Shown: piece by piece, positions 12,524-28,124 of the stretch
Position numbering within the stretch: position 1 is the first letter of the stretch
How the letters are laid out: every line of letters starts with the position of its first letter
Assembly: GCA_012295275.1 (NCBI GenBank)
Contig: CM022671.1
Coordinates: forward strand, 23,436,001 to 23,500,000
Direction of reading: 5' to 3'
Source: Chrysomallon squamiferum
Lineage: Eukaryota > Animalia > Mollusca
Length of the DNA stretch: 64,000 nucleotides
Position numbers and translations under genes: made by a program
Notes under the pieces: model-generated
What the model was told of the DNA's origin: nothing
The model's input: only the letters and a program-made list of their open reading frames with translations
The model's database searches: none

Positions 12524-14729
12524 GTTCCTTATCATATACTAATCTTGTTATTAGTATAAAATAGAAATTACATCTAAAACTTGGAAATGAATACGTAACA
12601 CATGAAGATTGTTTAAAAAAATAATAATAATACTAATAATTCTGAATGACACACATTTCAAGCACAAAGAATTACCAACGCCTTTGTTAGCAGCTTTCAA
12701 ACCAGAAATTCTGTTCATAACAGTTTCAAATCTGCATTTAGGATTCAGCAAAACAACACTATGAGCTTAGTTAAGTTGGTTTCCACGGTGAATCATTAAG
12801 CCCAGTAATTCTACGAGTCTAATGCATCAGATAGGATTTAGTTCCTCTGCCAGTAATAATCGGCCCAAAGTAATAAAGCTTAACGTATAATTTACACTGA
12901 TGATAAGTTTCAGGATAAAATAATCGTGCCCGTTTGCCAATTTTGGTCCAAGACATTTTTCTCATTTTCGTATGTGTTTTTTTTTTTTTTTTTTTTTTTT
13001 AATAATTATTAATATACGATATAAATAATTACAACAGTTAAATAAATAAATAAATAATAAACACATGATTTTAAATACAAATTTTAAAAAAAAGTAAAAA
13101 AAAAAAAAAAAAAAAATAAAGTTTCAGGCCCAATATTAAACCTACTATCACTACTATTACTATATTACCACTTCTTTCTATTACTTTTACATCCATTACT
13201 ACTACTGCTATATCGCTATTATTATTACAACGACTACTGTTATTATTAAGAGCACTGATGTTGTTCTGTTGCTGCTGCTGTTGTCCTATAAAAACTAAAA
13301 AACTGTAAAAGGATTTTTTTTTTTATATTATTACTTTTTAAACTAATAAGCATAACGCACTTTATCCAAGCAGTATTGTTATCTCAGTTGCCTCAGCAAT
13401 TTAATAGGAATGCAGACATTAAGTTGTTTCGTGATATATAAACATTACTCATTGACCTACATTGTGGAATTGGATAGCGTATATCATTCGTTAATAACAG
13501 ATGGAATTGCTACTTATCCCAGCACTTTTAGTTTGTTTACACATTCCATCGACTATCTACGAGTGAAAGAATGAAACCACTTAATTCTGAAGTATAATTA
13601 AAGATAAAAATAAAAAATAAAATTAAAAAAATAGTAAGGAAATAATGTAGGAAAATTTAATGAAATGAAAAGTAAAAAAAATATAATATAAATAATAAAT
13701 ATATTTGTTGTAATTTTAATTAATGTTCAAGATTATTCTTATACTGTTCTCTGTTTATGTTTTTTTCTCTTTCTCTCTGTCTGCCTCTGTCTCTCTCTCT
13801 CTCTTTCTCTCTCTGTTGTTATATATTATTTACATTAGGTACTGATCACCATTATAGAGAAAAAAATACAGAGGTCGACTAAGAGAAAGAGACAGGGAGA
13901 GACAGAGAGAGACAGATAGAGACAGAGAGAGAGAGAGCATGTAAGAACTAAATAAGAGTTTGTTTTGGAAGAATTCAGCACAGAGACCATGATTTATTTT
14001 CTGTCTCACTGACTATAGTCTAACATAAATCTCACGCGTCATTTCGCTACTAGCCATCATGATTACAATTATCAGACGCTTAAACCAGTAACGGTATATA
14101 AACACCGTGCAACTTGTCTGTCTCTAAAGTCCAATATACACGTCTCGAAGGTGCAATTCCTAGTAACGTCACTAAGAAAATGCCTACAATGTTATTGATG
14201 AACTGGTAACGAAGTGCTAAAAATCCATATGTTCGAGATGTTAAAATGCAGTATTCTGAAGAAAAAAAGCCTGGGTATAGAAACATATATAGGAAAAGTG
14301 ATCTTAAACCGCTGATCATATAATTCATTATAAAATTTAAAAAAAAAAAAATATATATATATATAAACATCAAATAATAATAAAGGATATAAAATATACT
14401 TTACTGGTACTGAAAAACCAGTTATATACCTAAATCCTTGTTAGCAAAATATTGAAACTTAGACAGTGTGAATATGCCTTTAACTTGATTTATTTCTAAT
14501 CGCATCAACCTCGGCCCCCTGCTGTTTACAGCATCTTTACTTTATAAACTAAATTAAGCGAACTCTACACCTGAGCAGACTAAACCGGAAGTAAACATTA
14601 CGATGTGATGGCGCTGTTAAAAGTAATAAAACAGACGATGCACTATTTTCCTTAGACTTGCCTGAGTTTTGGGGCTCTCGAATAAGATAGGTTTATTGAC
14701 TGCAGTCTTTATAGACTGTGTTTTTAACA

Positions 14730-14731
<2 letters not shown>

Positions 14732-14801
<70 letters not shown>
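14732..14801. repeat. (TA)n microsatellite
   Basis: Directly visible, about 35 units. Confidence 0.98.
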
Positions 14802-14804
<3 letters not shown>

Positions 14805-16428
14805 TTTCTATATCTCACTTTAGATGACTGACTGAGGACTTCAGAAGGATCTATAACAGTTAAATTTATCTCTAAAAACAGTAATATTCATTTAGTACAA
14901 GCCTCTGGCACACTATATCGAAACATTTGTAAATGTATCTACATTAGGCTTATTCTGTGGCATTTTCATACATCTAGTTCCAGTGTCCAAAATGTCGTAA
15001 AAAATCCAAATATTTTAGGGTCTCAAACAGAATTATTATTATTTCGACCTATAAGTACCAGAAACGTAATCATTTGGAAATAAATATTTAAAAAAAAAAA
15101 ATTTCCTAATGAAATGCCAAACTGTTTCTAAAAGCAATTTCCATATAAATGCAAAGAATGTTTCAGTTGATAATGTTATATTAAAGAAAATATGGTTCTT
15201 TATTCTAAATATAAAGTAAAGAAAAATCTATTTCTTTAAATGAACTTAAAATAAGATTACTAATGAGCACAGACGAAGAAATATTTCATTTGAAATATAC
15301 TGTTATCGGAAATTAAGAAAAACAAAGGTCGACTGTTTCAAATGGGCTGCATACAGAGGACGAGCATTATATATAAATACAGTGTATAATTACAGACTCG
15401 TGCGGTCAAATCTATATCACACATCTACAAAAGCTGGCATAACGGGGTATTCTATTAATACCATGTGGCTTCTTAACACGGGTCTGTGATAAATACGCTG
15501 GTACTGGGAGAACAGAAACGCATCATTTTAACATTCAAGTAGATGGTTGTTAAGAACAGGTCTGAAGCACATACAGGTTGTTTTCCTGCTTTCAAATGAG
15601 CAAGTCTAGCTTTGTACCTGTCGTACCATAAACAACGAGGCTGTCAATACTTGGCGAACCTCCAAACACACTTTACAGCCAATTTACATCTTATTGTGAA
15701 TATTTATAACATGTGTGCCAATTTTGGCCAATCAGGGGCATGTTTTTCATCTTCCGCGGAACTGAAGCTGACAGCGGCAGTGAAGGTCAAGGCAATCGGT
15801 TGGCCCGAGGAAGAATGCCTGGCGATAATGAACGGTGCTAATAAGTTTGCTGACCGCTGCATGACTGACAACTTCAGAGACTTGTCCAGAACACGTTAAA
15901 TTTATCCTTCGTCTTCGACCACTTTTCATTATCAGACGTGTGATTTATCGTGAAATGCAACTGAAGTTGAGCATTCACCTCCGGACCGTGGCATTAACCC
16001 TAGTATGAGCAAGCAGTCGGTTATTCAGAGTATGAGCCATTTTTTGAAATGCCAGTTTATGCCATGACTCGTGTAGTACTTTGTTTACTGCAGTATTATT
16101 TATGTTAATGAAATCAGTATTTTGTTATATAATTAGTGCCAGTCCTGCCGTATTAAGGCTAGCTGGCAAAACCGATACACTATTGTATCTGTGATAGCGA
16201 AAATCTTTATTGAAGATTAATATTGAAACTAATCAATTTTTTCATTAAAAAATTGCACGTGTTCAGTCAAGACAGAATGAGGCAGAATAAAGAGGCAAAC
16301 GGATATATGCATTCACAAAGAGAAAGAAAGACAGGCAAACGCATAAACAAAAAGAAAAATAATGTATTCATTTTGTCAGATATATTATGTGTTATGGTGT
16401 TGGGTTTTTTGTTTGTTGTTTTATTTTA

Positions 16429-16466
<38 letters not shown>

Positions 16467-19400
16467 ATGTATGAATGTATATATGTATGTATGTATGTAT
16501 GTATATGTATGTAATTATGTGTGGAGAGAGGTTTTCGTAACTCTTTACGAAATGTCCAAACTATCAAATAAATGCCACCAAACTTGTCCAGTTCGAAACA
16601 GATAAATACTGAAAACCCACAAATGTACGTTTGCTAATTGATTCTGCAGTTAAGCACGTTTGTGAATGCTTTACAATTAGTTTGTCACGTAGACAAAGTG
16701 GACTAATCGAGAATACCGAGGACTACGGCCACTCAGCAAGGAGAAAGTGCCAAACACTCTTTTAAAAAAGAGTTCAGAGAGAAGTGCATTTTCCTGTTTT
16801 CAAGTGAGAGTACGTGTGGTGCATCCTACAGTTAAATGGTCAAAAGATCAAAAGATTACAAGAATAATGATACTGAAACAAGAACAATAGTCATAAAGAA
16901 GTCACAGACCTCAGTGACCAGAAACTCATTTAACAAATGTATAGAGTTCACGTCCCAGTGCTGTTCTTGTGCAGACGCTGAGGAAATATTTCAATGGCAG
17001 ATATCGAATTGCTGCTCTTGGAACAAGCGTGCAGTGAACCCGAAGCTCACAAAACAGTTAAACCTTTCTGTTCAAATACTCCTGAAATAACAGTTTTGTT
17101 TTTTATACTGAATCCTTGTTTTTATTCGTTACAGTATGTTAATTTATATGGCGCATTGCTAATGATATTGACTTGATATAAAAAATAAATAAAAAAATAA
17201 AAAATAAAAATGCTATTATCTTTTATCAGTTTAAAATAATTCACTGGCGTTTTAAAAAAAAAAAAAAAAAAAATGTTCTGCTGTTATTTAGGGGAGTTTT
17301 TGTGCTTCTTCTTCTTCTTCAGCTCAGTTTGTTTTATTGCTATTATTTAATAAAGCTCTGCACAAAGACATCAGTTACAGATAATGTATTATATTAAATT
17401 TTCACAAACAAGCTTGTTTGGGGTTGTATTTTTTATAATTTTTTTTTATCGTCCATTAAATTTATTACTTTGTAATTTCCTTTCCACCAGATCTCCAGAG
17501 ACGGATCTGGATCGATCTTGCCACGCTTCAGGAAATATTCGCCAAACGCAGACATGTGGAGGTAATTTTAACACGTCATTAACCATTTGTCAACAGTCAT
17601 CAGGCGACCGACTGCTGCAAATAAAACTCGCCTGTTTCCTTTGATGTGTGTCCTAATAAAAAAAAAACAGTCGCTTACGGCCGCCGTTACATTATAGGCT
17701 GCAGACGACAGCTAAACGTTATCCGATACGAGTTGCGTCCCTTGGTGCAAAAACAAAACAAAATTCATTTATATATTACGTTTGTATCATCAGTCAATTA
17801 ATTTTTAATTGATGACATATAGAAATGCAAACATACATACATTTTTGTATGTCGAACAGGAAACAATGAAAGAAAAGGAGACTTAATCTATGTATTTGTA
17901 TGTAACTCAGTATTTGGGTGTGAGTTTTTTTTTTTTTTTTATATTATTTAAATGGCGTTAAGAAACGAGTTGCAAAGGGCAAGAGAGAGAAACAAATTAT
18001 TCAGTATGACCAGTATCTGACCTTATCTATCTGGCAGGAAACTGGACTTGGATATAAACATCTTAATTGACCTTTACCACTGTCCACTCTCATTAATATG
18101 CGATCGCTTATCTGTTATCGACCAGTACCTAAGACCGACAGAACAAAGAGTGTCACTGCAGACAGTAATTATATTAATGACATGACAATGACCCAGCCAA
18201 CCAGGTAAAACCACAAGACACATCTCAGGTTAAGTGATGACTAAATCTATCAGATCTTATTGGAATGGATCATCTGTCATTTTTCTAATTATTCTCATGA
18301 TTTCGTTTGTTTATTTTTGTATTTGTTGTTTTCGTTGTTTTGGGGGGGTTATTGTTTTTTTTTTTTTTTTTTATGTGTGTGTATTTTTTTTAGGAATGTT
18401 GTTAGCATTATTATTATTATTATTCATGGTGCCGTTTTTGTTTTGTTTTTTGATAATGTTGTTCATTACTACTCTTTTGCTCACATCTCTTTTCAAAGTC
18501 AGTTAAGAAATTACTTATAAATTAAAAATGCAACATCACTTAATTAAAATAAATGTTAGAGTCAAATACGGTGATTATTCTGATTTTGAAAAGACAGTCA
18601 TCGAAAACTGGTTTATCTTTGTACCTGAAAAGAATGAACGTTCATTTCAAATATTATGAGCAGATGGTCAAATGGATATTTAATGGTATCCCGCGTAGGT
18701 TTATCAATTATTAGTACTGGACATCATAAAATTGCAGGTACTTCATTATATCGAACTTAACGATGTCGTACTTACCATAAATAAATAACAGTATTGCACA
18801 AACTGACATAAAAAAAAAATTAAAAAGAGGAAGAATGAGACACATTAATTTATATACATGGAAGAGATGCAACCATGAAATCTGTCTAAACAACGGAATA
18901 AATTCACATTTTTATATGGTTTGCAAAATCGAACATAACGTTTTTGGCATCGCAGCAAAGGCAACGGCGTATTAAACACGCTGAAGAAAGCCTTTTAACG
19001 ACAGCGTTAAAGCATTGCTGGAACTGCTGCTGTTTCCGGTGTATGAATAACGTCTCGTAGCGAGGCAAAGCAAGACGGTGATTAACAGTCAGTTTCTAAG
19101 GCTGCCAGACCAGTTAAACGTATCCATCTATGAACTGGATGGATGATCCAAGAAGCAAGAGAAGGTTTTAAGGTTTATTGTGGCTGTCAATATAATGTTG
19201 TCCGGTGATTTACAACCTGGGAATGCAAGGCGACAGTAAAAGCTGTACATTTATAACTTATAAACGCTTGTAATTATACTACATAATTCATCGCACTTCA
19301 TCATAGGATAAAATTCAACCAAGAGCGCCAATATTAATAATTATATGAAATGGGGCAATGAAAAAGAAAAAATCTTGGGAACAGTCCTTTTCCCTAATTA

Positions 19401-22210
19401 AATGACGTCATTAATATAAAGTGTTATCATCTGTGTAAAAGAACCTTGGGATGTTCACCATGATATTAATTTTGGAGAATTAAGATGTTTTCTTGCTAAA
19501 GATAAGAGGATTGCCACACAAATTAAGCTATTCAGTTACGTAATTGATAACATACTTACAGCTTAAAATAATACACTCTTAAACATATCTGGCAAAAACT
19601 AAACAGTGGAATTCTTTAGAATGTTTTTCGCATTGTTTTTGGCCTCCCTATACTTGAAGGAGAGGGGCGGAAATGTCGCGAACAGATATCAAATCATTAG
19701 CACCTGCGTTCGCGTGAAATCAGTCTTGATTACGTCGATTTTGCAAAATTTTTCTAGCAAACATCAGCAAGTAAAAAGCATTTCCGAATTCTTGGACAGG
19801 TTTTTCGCGATCACTGATATTTCTACCATTTGCAAAAGCGAACCAGCCCAACATCAAGAGGTGGTTTATTTACGTAATACATAAAACGCTGTTGAATAAG
19901 ACATGTGGACGCCGCAGGGCACATTATCCTGGAAGAGAGAGGCTGTTTTAATTCAACACCCAGGAAATATTAGAAGCGCAAGAAAACAAAGAGTGGAAGA
20001 ACGAGGGGAAAAAAAAGAAGAAAAAAGGATAAATGGAAAAACAGAAAAAAAAGAAAACTTTATAATCTGAAGAGTAAAAAGAAAAGAACGAGAGCACTAG
20101 ACTACACAAAATGTGAAACGCAGAATAATGTACCAAAATTTCTTACGTGCTGAGATAAAACACAGCAAAACGAGAGATACAAAAAAAAAAAAAAAAAAAA
20201 AAACGTAGAATAATTATTAAACAGAAAGGTATCCCATCAAGGTAAGAACGCTGCACCTGTTTTAATCAAGATGCAATCTTCAGGTTAAGTCAACCTGATT
20301 TCTTGATGCCATCCGCCGGTTCAGAGGTCTTTAATCTCCATTCACAACATCTGTTTCCGGTATCGGAGTATTACTGCGAGACCCATCGGCTTATTTCTGT
20401 GTGTGATTACAAATGTATCTCTCTTGATTCTTTTTTGGGCTGCTGCCAGTGTTACGTGAACGCCAGCGAGATGTGTAGGTGTAGATGTGTGTGTGTGTGA
20501 GTGTGCGAGTTGCTCTTCACCTGGTGTAACAGGAAACACATCTGCCTTCCTGAGCCAAACATGTACATGTATACAGATTGCTCAATCATATCAGATAAAT
20601 GAGGAGAATGTGCTTCAACAGAGAAACCTGTGCATGTGTGAAAGATACGTGGAAGTCAGAACTTAACAAATATGACGCTAGTTATTTACCATCAGCAAAC
20701 TAAATCTGCTATTACCAACACTATGAAATTGCCATTATTACCTCTGCCATTTAGTTATTTCCACTATTACTATTACCACTACTGCTTTTAGTACTACTAT
20801 AACAATCAATAGTACTACTACTACTACTACTACTATAACAGTTATTACTATCATAGCAAATATGTTTTTATTATAAACAAGATAACAGCCTGATTTTTTC
20901 AACGACTTGTCCAAGTACGTGGTATTTAAACTGTAATTGAGATGCTACCCCGTGTGTTTTTTTTTTTTTTTCTTCCATTAATCTATCATAGAATGTACGC
21001 GTAGAGGTCAAAAGGTATATCACTGACATAATTATCAGATCAAGGCATTTCTAATCACATAAATAAATTAGACTTTTGAAAAGCGGTGTGTAAATCGGAT
21101 TAATGTAATTTTGTAAAGCGAATAAAGGAGAATGTAATAAAAATAAAAAAAATACAGTACATAGGTCCCACTGACCGTTGACCGTCTGTTGGTATACTTT
21201 CTAACGTAATCCGATACCACAGAGCGAATTACACCCTGTGGGGATTTCTTATTAATATTCAGAAGGTTTTAATGTCATCGAATATCGAGCAAATATTACA
21301 TTAGTAGAGCTATAGGACTGTAATTTCAATAACAGTTATTTAGAACTGAAAATATTCCAAATATTTTGCTGTGTGTTAATACAAAGAATTTGTGGGGGGG
21401 GGGTTCTAGGAATTTTATATCTGTTATGCCAAGTTTAAACTAAAAATTAAAATAATAGCAATCTTATCGAAGAGTAATGATTATTATGCTAGTGACAGTC
21501 TGTAATGGGTATGTAATCGAGGAATCTAGACAAACCGACAACAGACAGAAAGTCGGGCTTGCCCGAAGAACACTGAAGTTCAAACATGCCAACTGCGTGA
21601 GTCAACTAATTTGGTGAAGTTTACAGCCTAACATATTTAAATTACACTCTTCGACCTAAATTATTTTCGAAATTTTTTAAATCGACGGTCTTCCTCTTTC
21701 TTATGACAAGATGCTACATCCTATTGGATAAAGAAGTCGTGAAATGAAGATATCTGGTTGCTAAGCAACAACGACACATGTATATAAAAAAAAAAAAAAA
21801 AAAAAGGAGAGGGTGTTTTCGCTCTTAATCAATGATCTGTGTAATTCATTCAACACTTGCTTCAGGGCAGAGCCAAGTTTTGTCTTATAAGAAGGGGGAG
21901 GGGATGTCTGAAGCGAACATTCTCAAATGACAGAAGATCTTTGTGCTGTAATTAACTCCAGATGTTGTGGTTTTAAAACGAGAAATACAAGATTTGCGCC
22001 ACATTTTCAGTGTTTATTTGTACTTAAAGCGTGTAGACTTTAGGAGAGAAAAACCCCATGCATGTGTTAATACAGAACAAATATGTTTAGGATAAAATAA
22101 AATAAAAATAAAAAAACGAATTTTGAATAAAGAGAAAGAATTTCATTGGGAATAACGCCTCAGTTTAAGCTAAGGTCTACACGAATGGTTTTAATTAAAC
22201 ACAAACAAAC

Positions 22211-22270
22211 ACAGCCACAAACACAGACACAAACACAAACACAAACACAAACACAAACACAAACACAGAC
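22211..22270 (+). repeat. (ACAAAC)n hexanucleotide repeat
   Basis: Directly visible; it produces the QTQT run in the ORF track. Confidence 0.9.
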
Positions 22271-25200
22271 ATATACAAATACAAACAATCAAAACAGTAC
22301 AATATGCATTCACACTAACAACATATCATAATAATGTACACACACATACACACACACACACACACACACAAACAACCGATTCAAAATATTCAAGTTAATA
22401 AATAAACAGCCAACAGACAAATACGTTACACACAGTGACAAGAAGAGACAGTTTTTCAATTTGTAAAAAACCCAGTCTGTATATTACGACCATGACAAAC
22501 GTCTTCCTCATGACAAACAGGGCAGCAGACAAAAGAAACGAAAACAAACTGAAATAACCACACGCTGCGTTCACTGCCGTTCAAATGTGTCATTAATTGT
22601 CCGCGGAATTGCTCTAACGTCGTTACCGAGATAAGGGAATATTTTCTTCAATGACCCATCAGTCTGGCAGACAAAGAAATGGTGGACATCGGTCGACCAT
22701 CTGGTGAAAAGCGCGATGTTTTGAATATTACATTTGTTCACTCCATTATTCCCAATACAGCTCTTTTGTTTTTCCCCTGTTAGTCTGAGTGATATCTGAA
22801 GATAATATCGTCAGCCATTTTATATGTCTGGGATCAGTGTTATAGAATAAACTGTCATAATTTGATTGATGATTTAGATAAATTAGTATATATAAATATA
22901 AATAGCGGTGATGTAGAACAACATACATATTTATATTTTCTACTAAATATGATTAAGCGGGGTATATTACGGATCAGTTATTGGTTATAATGATGGATGT
23001 ATTCTTTATATACGATAGAAATAAATAAGGAATTAAAATATATGGAGAAAGAAACAAAAGGGTCACAGAAAAAACATACGAATGGTTAAAAGAAAACGAA
23101 GAATTTAAAAAAAAGAAATTTTCGATTTGCTTTGCATCTGAATAATGAAACTACAATACTGTGCAAAATACAAACAGAAAAAAAAAATGCTATTTTCATA
23201 AGCTATAAAAGAAGATGGAATTTAGGAATTTTTCTCTTTTTTTAAATCTCGTTTAAACCTGTTCTATCGCAGAGTTAACCTGCTTCTGTCACAGAGCTAA
23301 CCAGATTTATTTCAAGATATCTAGCTAGGTAAGAAAAATTTCCCAGAGTGTCAGCTTGTTTATAAACGAAGACGTACGGATGTACAGATGGATGGATAAC
23401 GGATATATCAGACTCACAAGTCTACAGAAACCGTAGGACATGATAAACCTGCTGAGGCATCAGTCTGCAGAGTTCTGACGTCAGCAACATGTGAAGAGGA
23501 AATGTAAACATGTGTAAACAGCAAGAAAAGGCAGCAGAACTGCCAGGCAGGCGTTTTCTGTGTATCTAGCGAAGCTGCAAATATGTTCGTATATATAAAA
23601 AATAAAAAAAAAAAAAAAAAAAAAAAATGTATATATAAATTATGCTTCGGATCCAATTACTTTGGCTCTAGCCGTCAAATTCGCCAGAGCCATTGTATTA
23701 ACAATGAATATATGTCAAAGTAAAATGTCACTAGACCACATAGAATGTAATTTGTGAGACATATGTCAAACAATTTAAAATATGCACCGTGATAGCTGTT
23801 GTACCAATGCAAGAAGCGTGGCAGATAATCACAGTATTTGGCAATAACGGTCTTTGCTGGTGGTAATATGCTTTTTCTTATTATGGTGATTTGTGCGTTT
23901 TTGATAGACTACTTTCAAAAGATATTACGGGGTATGCAAGTAATAAAATTATATAGCTGTTATTTTGGTATTCTGCTTGCGAATGCAGAATATTTGTGGC
24001 TGGTGTGTTTTTCTTGTAGACTAAACTTGATAGGTGGTGTAAAAGTTAATAAATGTCGTATCTAATCTTAAGTTTGTTGTGGGTTATCTGATCTCACCGT
24101 TACCACAGCTACGAGGCAGAAATTTGACCAGAACTGACATTGAAATGAAAATATATTACAAACTTACAATCAGAAATGTTTTGGGATTAATCAGTGTTGT
24201 ACAGTGTATGAAATAATTAAGTGCCTTGAAAATGCAAATAATTCCATGCATTCAACTGCACACCTATACACACACACAACACAAAAACACACACAAACGT
24301 TCTCCATTTCGAACTCAAAGATAATATTCATGAAATAATACTTTTAGGTAATCTTGGAAACATAATTCTACAAAGAATTACATTGATGTTCGTGGGGTTT
24401 GTTATTCCAGTCAAGGAAACAAAGAGATATGATTAAATAAAATAGAATTTGTTTATAAATGTTTTTAAACAAAATTATTTGCATTTCCTTGTGTAATAAA
24501 CTTTAGTTTCAATTCATTTTCATTAAAACTTTTTGACAACGGTTATTAATAATTTTTGTTATTTGTATTAATCTATACTGAACAAAAAAGTTACAAACCA
24601 TAAAATATTTTAAAGAATCGCTGACATGAAAGAAAGAAATTTTTTTTATTGACAAAACTGTAACGCTTTTTCTGTTCTTTTTTTGTTGTTGTTGTTCTTA
24701 TAATTATGCAATTTATCGATATCAAAATATCTAAATAGTGTATGTAAATATATATTCATTTTTTTTGTGTTAGTTTTTAATCTTTTGTTAATTTTATAGA
24801 CCTTTTTCATTGATTTCTGTTGTCTTTTTAAATTTAATAAATATATTTATCACTTCTAAGGTACTAAATATTTCTATACTTTGAATATAAATTACGTCAT
24901 AACGGCTTCATATCGGCTTTTATATATTTTTATTTTTTATTTTAAAGCGAACTATGGATTTTCCCTGAAATCAGCTCTTCAGAAGGAAACCCTCAGAAGA
25001 ATCGTTTTCGACCAAATGACGTAAACGATAGAACGTGCATCTACGCCAGTCGATGCAAACGTATCATTCAAATGCAAAACAAGCGACTCTGATCACGGCT
25101 AAAACGTAAGTTTAAAAAGCAATCAATACGATTTTTCTAAATGCCGATTCTGCATCAGGCTTGCAGTTCTCGGCGACCAGGGACTCGGTTCCTTGAAAAG

Positions 25201-26563
25201 TACGACCACTTTACAGCGAGGAGACAATGGTAATTCGAGCTAAAAGGATAATTGCTATCATGGAAATTGACCTGACAATCTTAGAACATGTCATTAAGTG
25301 GTCGCGATTAAAAACAGAGATGAAGTCAGATCCGCGCATAGCAACGGCGTTTTCAGAGATAATGCGGGGGAAGGCATTATTAAACGACTTGCGTATGTCT
25401 GTGCATAAAAGCATTATAAAAAAAAAAAAATCTGAAAAAAGCGTTAAAAAAGGAAAAAGAACATAGGGTAAAATAAAGAAGTGAAAATTGTGATGAGCAG
25501 ACAAAGAACAGAGAAAAAAAAAATAAAAAAGAAAAGAAGGAGGAAAGCGTAGGAGGAATGAAGAAAGAGAAAGGGAGAGAGATAAAAGAGAAGAATGAAA
25601 AAATATGTGTAACGAAAGAAAGAGCACAAGAACAAAACAGTAACATCAAAGAAGCAAAATAATTAATTCACTTAAAAATTATGTTTATACAAAAGCAATG
25701 CAGGCCATTTAACTAAATAAACTGAATAAAATCATTCAGAAAAATACAGTTGTATGCAATCAGCATAAAATGAAAGCATCAGTAAACCACATGGGCAGAA
25801 TATTCTTGGAAATAATACATTTACTTTTGTCTTAATAAAACTAAATACCTACTACAGTTAATAGTATTAATTTATTAATTTATTAATAATTTGCACTCCG
25901 ACCAAATATAACAAATCGATATACAGAGAATAAGAAGTCTGCCAATGCTCCTCAAAATCAGGTAAGAACTTACAAAAAGAACAACAACTGAAAAAAACTC
26001 CATATATTGACCAGTATCTGACTGCTACTGTTGAGCTCCATAAACCCAGTAAGATATTGCAAACTCCAATATGTTGCATATGTAACATTTTGACCAAAGA
26101 AAAGATAACGGACAGATTACTCAGCTTAGGCTCACACGTGTCATATTCGCAGTCGGATCATGCACAATGCCTCATTCAATTTGCTTTTGAAATCAATACG
26201 GACATATCTGGTGCAGTATGTAAAAGAAACTCTTAATATCTGTACTGAATATGACTAAGGGTATCACAGGTGTGTGGTATTGCCCGATTCTAAATCAACA
26301 TAATGCGGTGTTTCTGTGCATTGTTAGAATAGCATGTGTTGCAAAAATAGTTTTGAAAGATCATCGATCTGGATTTCATTTTTCCATTGTTAAAAGAAGA
26401 AAGCAATCTTTTGGAAAGTCGCATAAATCAAAATGTGTTTTTGATGGATCAGGAAGAGTTTAGTACAGTTCAAAAATAGACAACCAGATAGACGTAAAGA
26501 TAGAAGGACAGACTGGATGTGTTGTAGTTAGTATGGTAGGTGAGAGAGCGAGAAACGAGATAC

Positions 26564-26610
26564 AGAGAGAGAGAGAGAGTGAGAGAGAGAGAGAGAGTGA
26601 GTGAGTGAGT

Positions 26611-26650
<40 letters not shown>

Positions 26651-26666
26651 GAGAGAGTGAGTGAGT

Positions 26667-26752
<86 letters not shown>
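26564..26752 (+). repeat. Compound (GA)n/(GAGT)n microsatellite
   Basis: Directly visible. Confidence 0.98.
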
Positions 26753-26755
<3 letters not shown>

Positions 26756-27993
26756 CGACAGCAATGTACATTTCCTTCATTATGAGAAAAATACCTTTCT
26801 GGCTACGGCAAAACGTATTATGCCAATTTTACTATCAAGTTATTTATAATTTCTCCATTACTTTGTTAATTACTACATAAATTTTGTTTGGTTTCCGGCG
26901 TGCTGCTATTTATAATGAGCCAAAATATATCTTACATTCAGTATATAGTTTTAGATGTCAGAGTTAAACTTTTCATTTGAGAGAGAAAAAATAAAGACAC
27001 AGCAGGATTGTAACAAATCAAATGACCTCAGACAATCATTCATTTTCATTCGTCCACAAAAAAATTTATGCAAATTATATAACTGTGATTTCCATATTGT
27101 ATTAACAACCTTCATGTCTCAGACGTTCAACGGATTTCGCCCTTTGTAATGAGACTTTATCAAATTTTCTTTGTATTCCAGATTAATCCATCATTAGGCT
27201 TAATATTTTAATAAAGAATCCAGGTATTGACATACATTCAAGGAAATCAATTAATACCCAGTGTCACACTGTGTATCTTTTCAGGAAGAACGAGACAAAA
27301 CCATCTCGATGAATACCCTGATCTGCAGCCTCATAAAAAAATCAAAACAAAGAGAACTCTGGGGACAATGATTTCTGTGTCAACAAGATATGCTGGAAAA
27401 ACGCGCCGATTTTTTTAGCCATTTGTATTGTAATGAATTAGTTAGAACAAAGACTGGATATCGACGACGTATTAGTCATTCAAGTCTAACAACGAGCTAT
27501 GGAGTTGTCTGTCAGAATCAAAGACTCAACAGTGGCTGTCGTAAAGTACGATGATGACTCAAACGTCGCAGTAACAATAGAGTGATTTGATCTTTGAAGA
27601 GTTTTCTGTTTCTGGCAAGGCATATCGCCTAAGCGAACATCCCAATTCATTGTTTCAACTGTTATTATTTTGTCTTTTCTCTCTCTCTCTCCATTGTATC
27701 GCCCGCCTTTAAGAACGCATATGGCCTTATTAAAAGTGAAAGAATAATTCAAGCGAATAAAGTTGGCAGTCTGGCTTCATTTACCATAGAGCTACGGTTA
27801 AATCTTTGTGCAAGTGTGTGGTCGACGGTTATTTATTGTTGATGTAACGGCGCTCTGTAATATATCTTCATAAGTGACAGTGGCCGTACCTGCAGACCTT
27901 TTGTCAGCGTTAATTAAGTATTAACGCGAGAAAAACACCGGTTTTCTTTGCACACGTTGACACTTTAACGTTCAACAAAGAAGAATAATAAAG

Positions 27994-28124
<131 letters not shown>

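Noticed and set aside
25227-25466. Protein-like ORF (MEIDLTILEHVIKWSRLKTEMKSDPRIATAFSEIMRG...)
   Set aside because: No recognisable domain, it runs into poly-A, and it has no convincing exon context.
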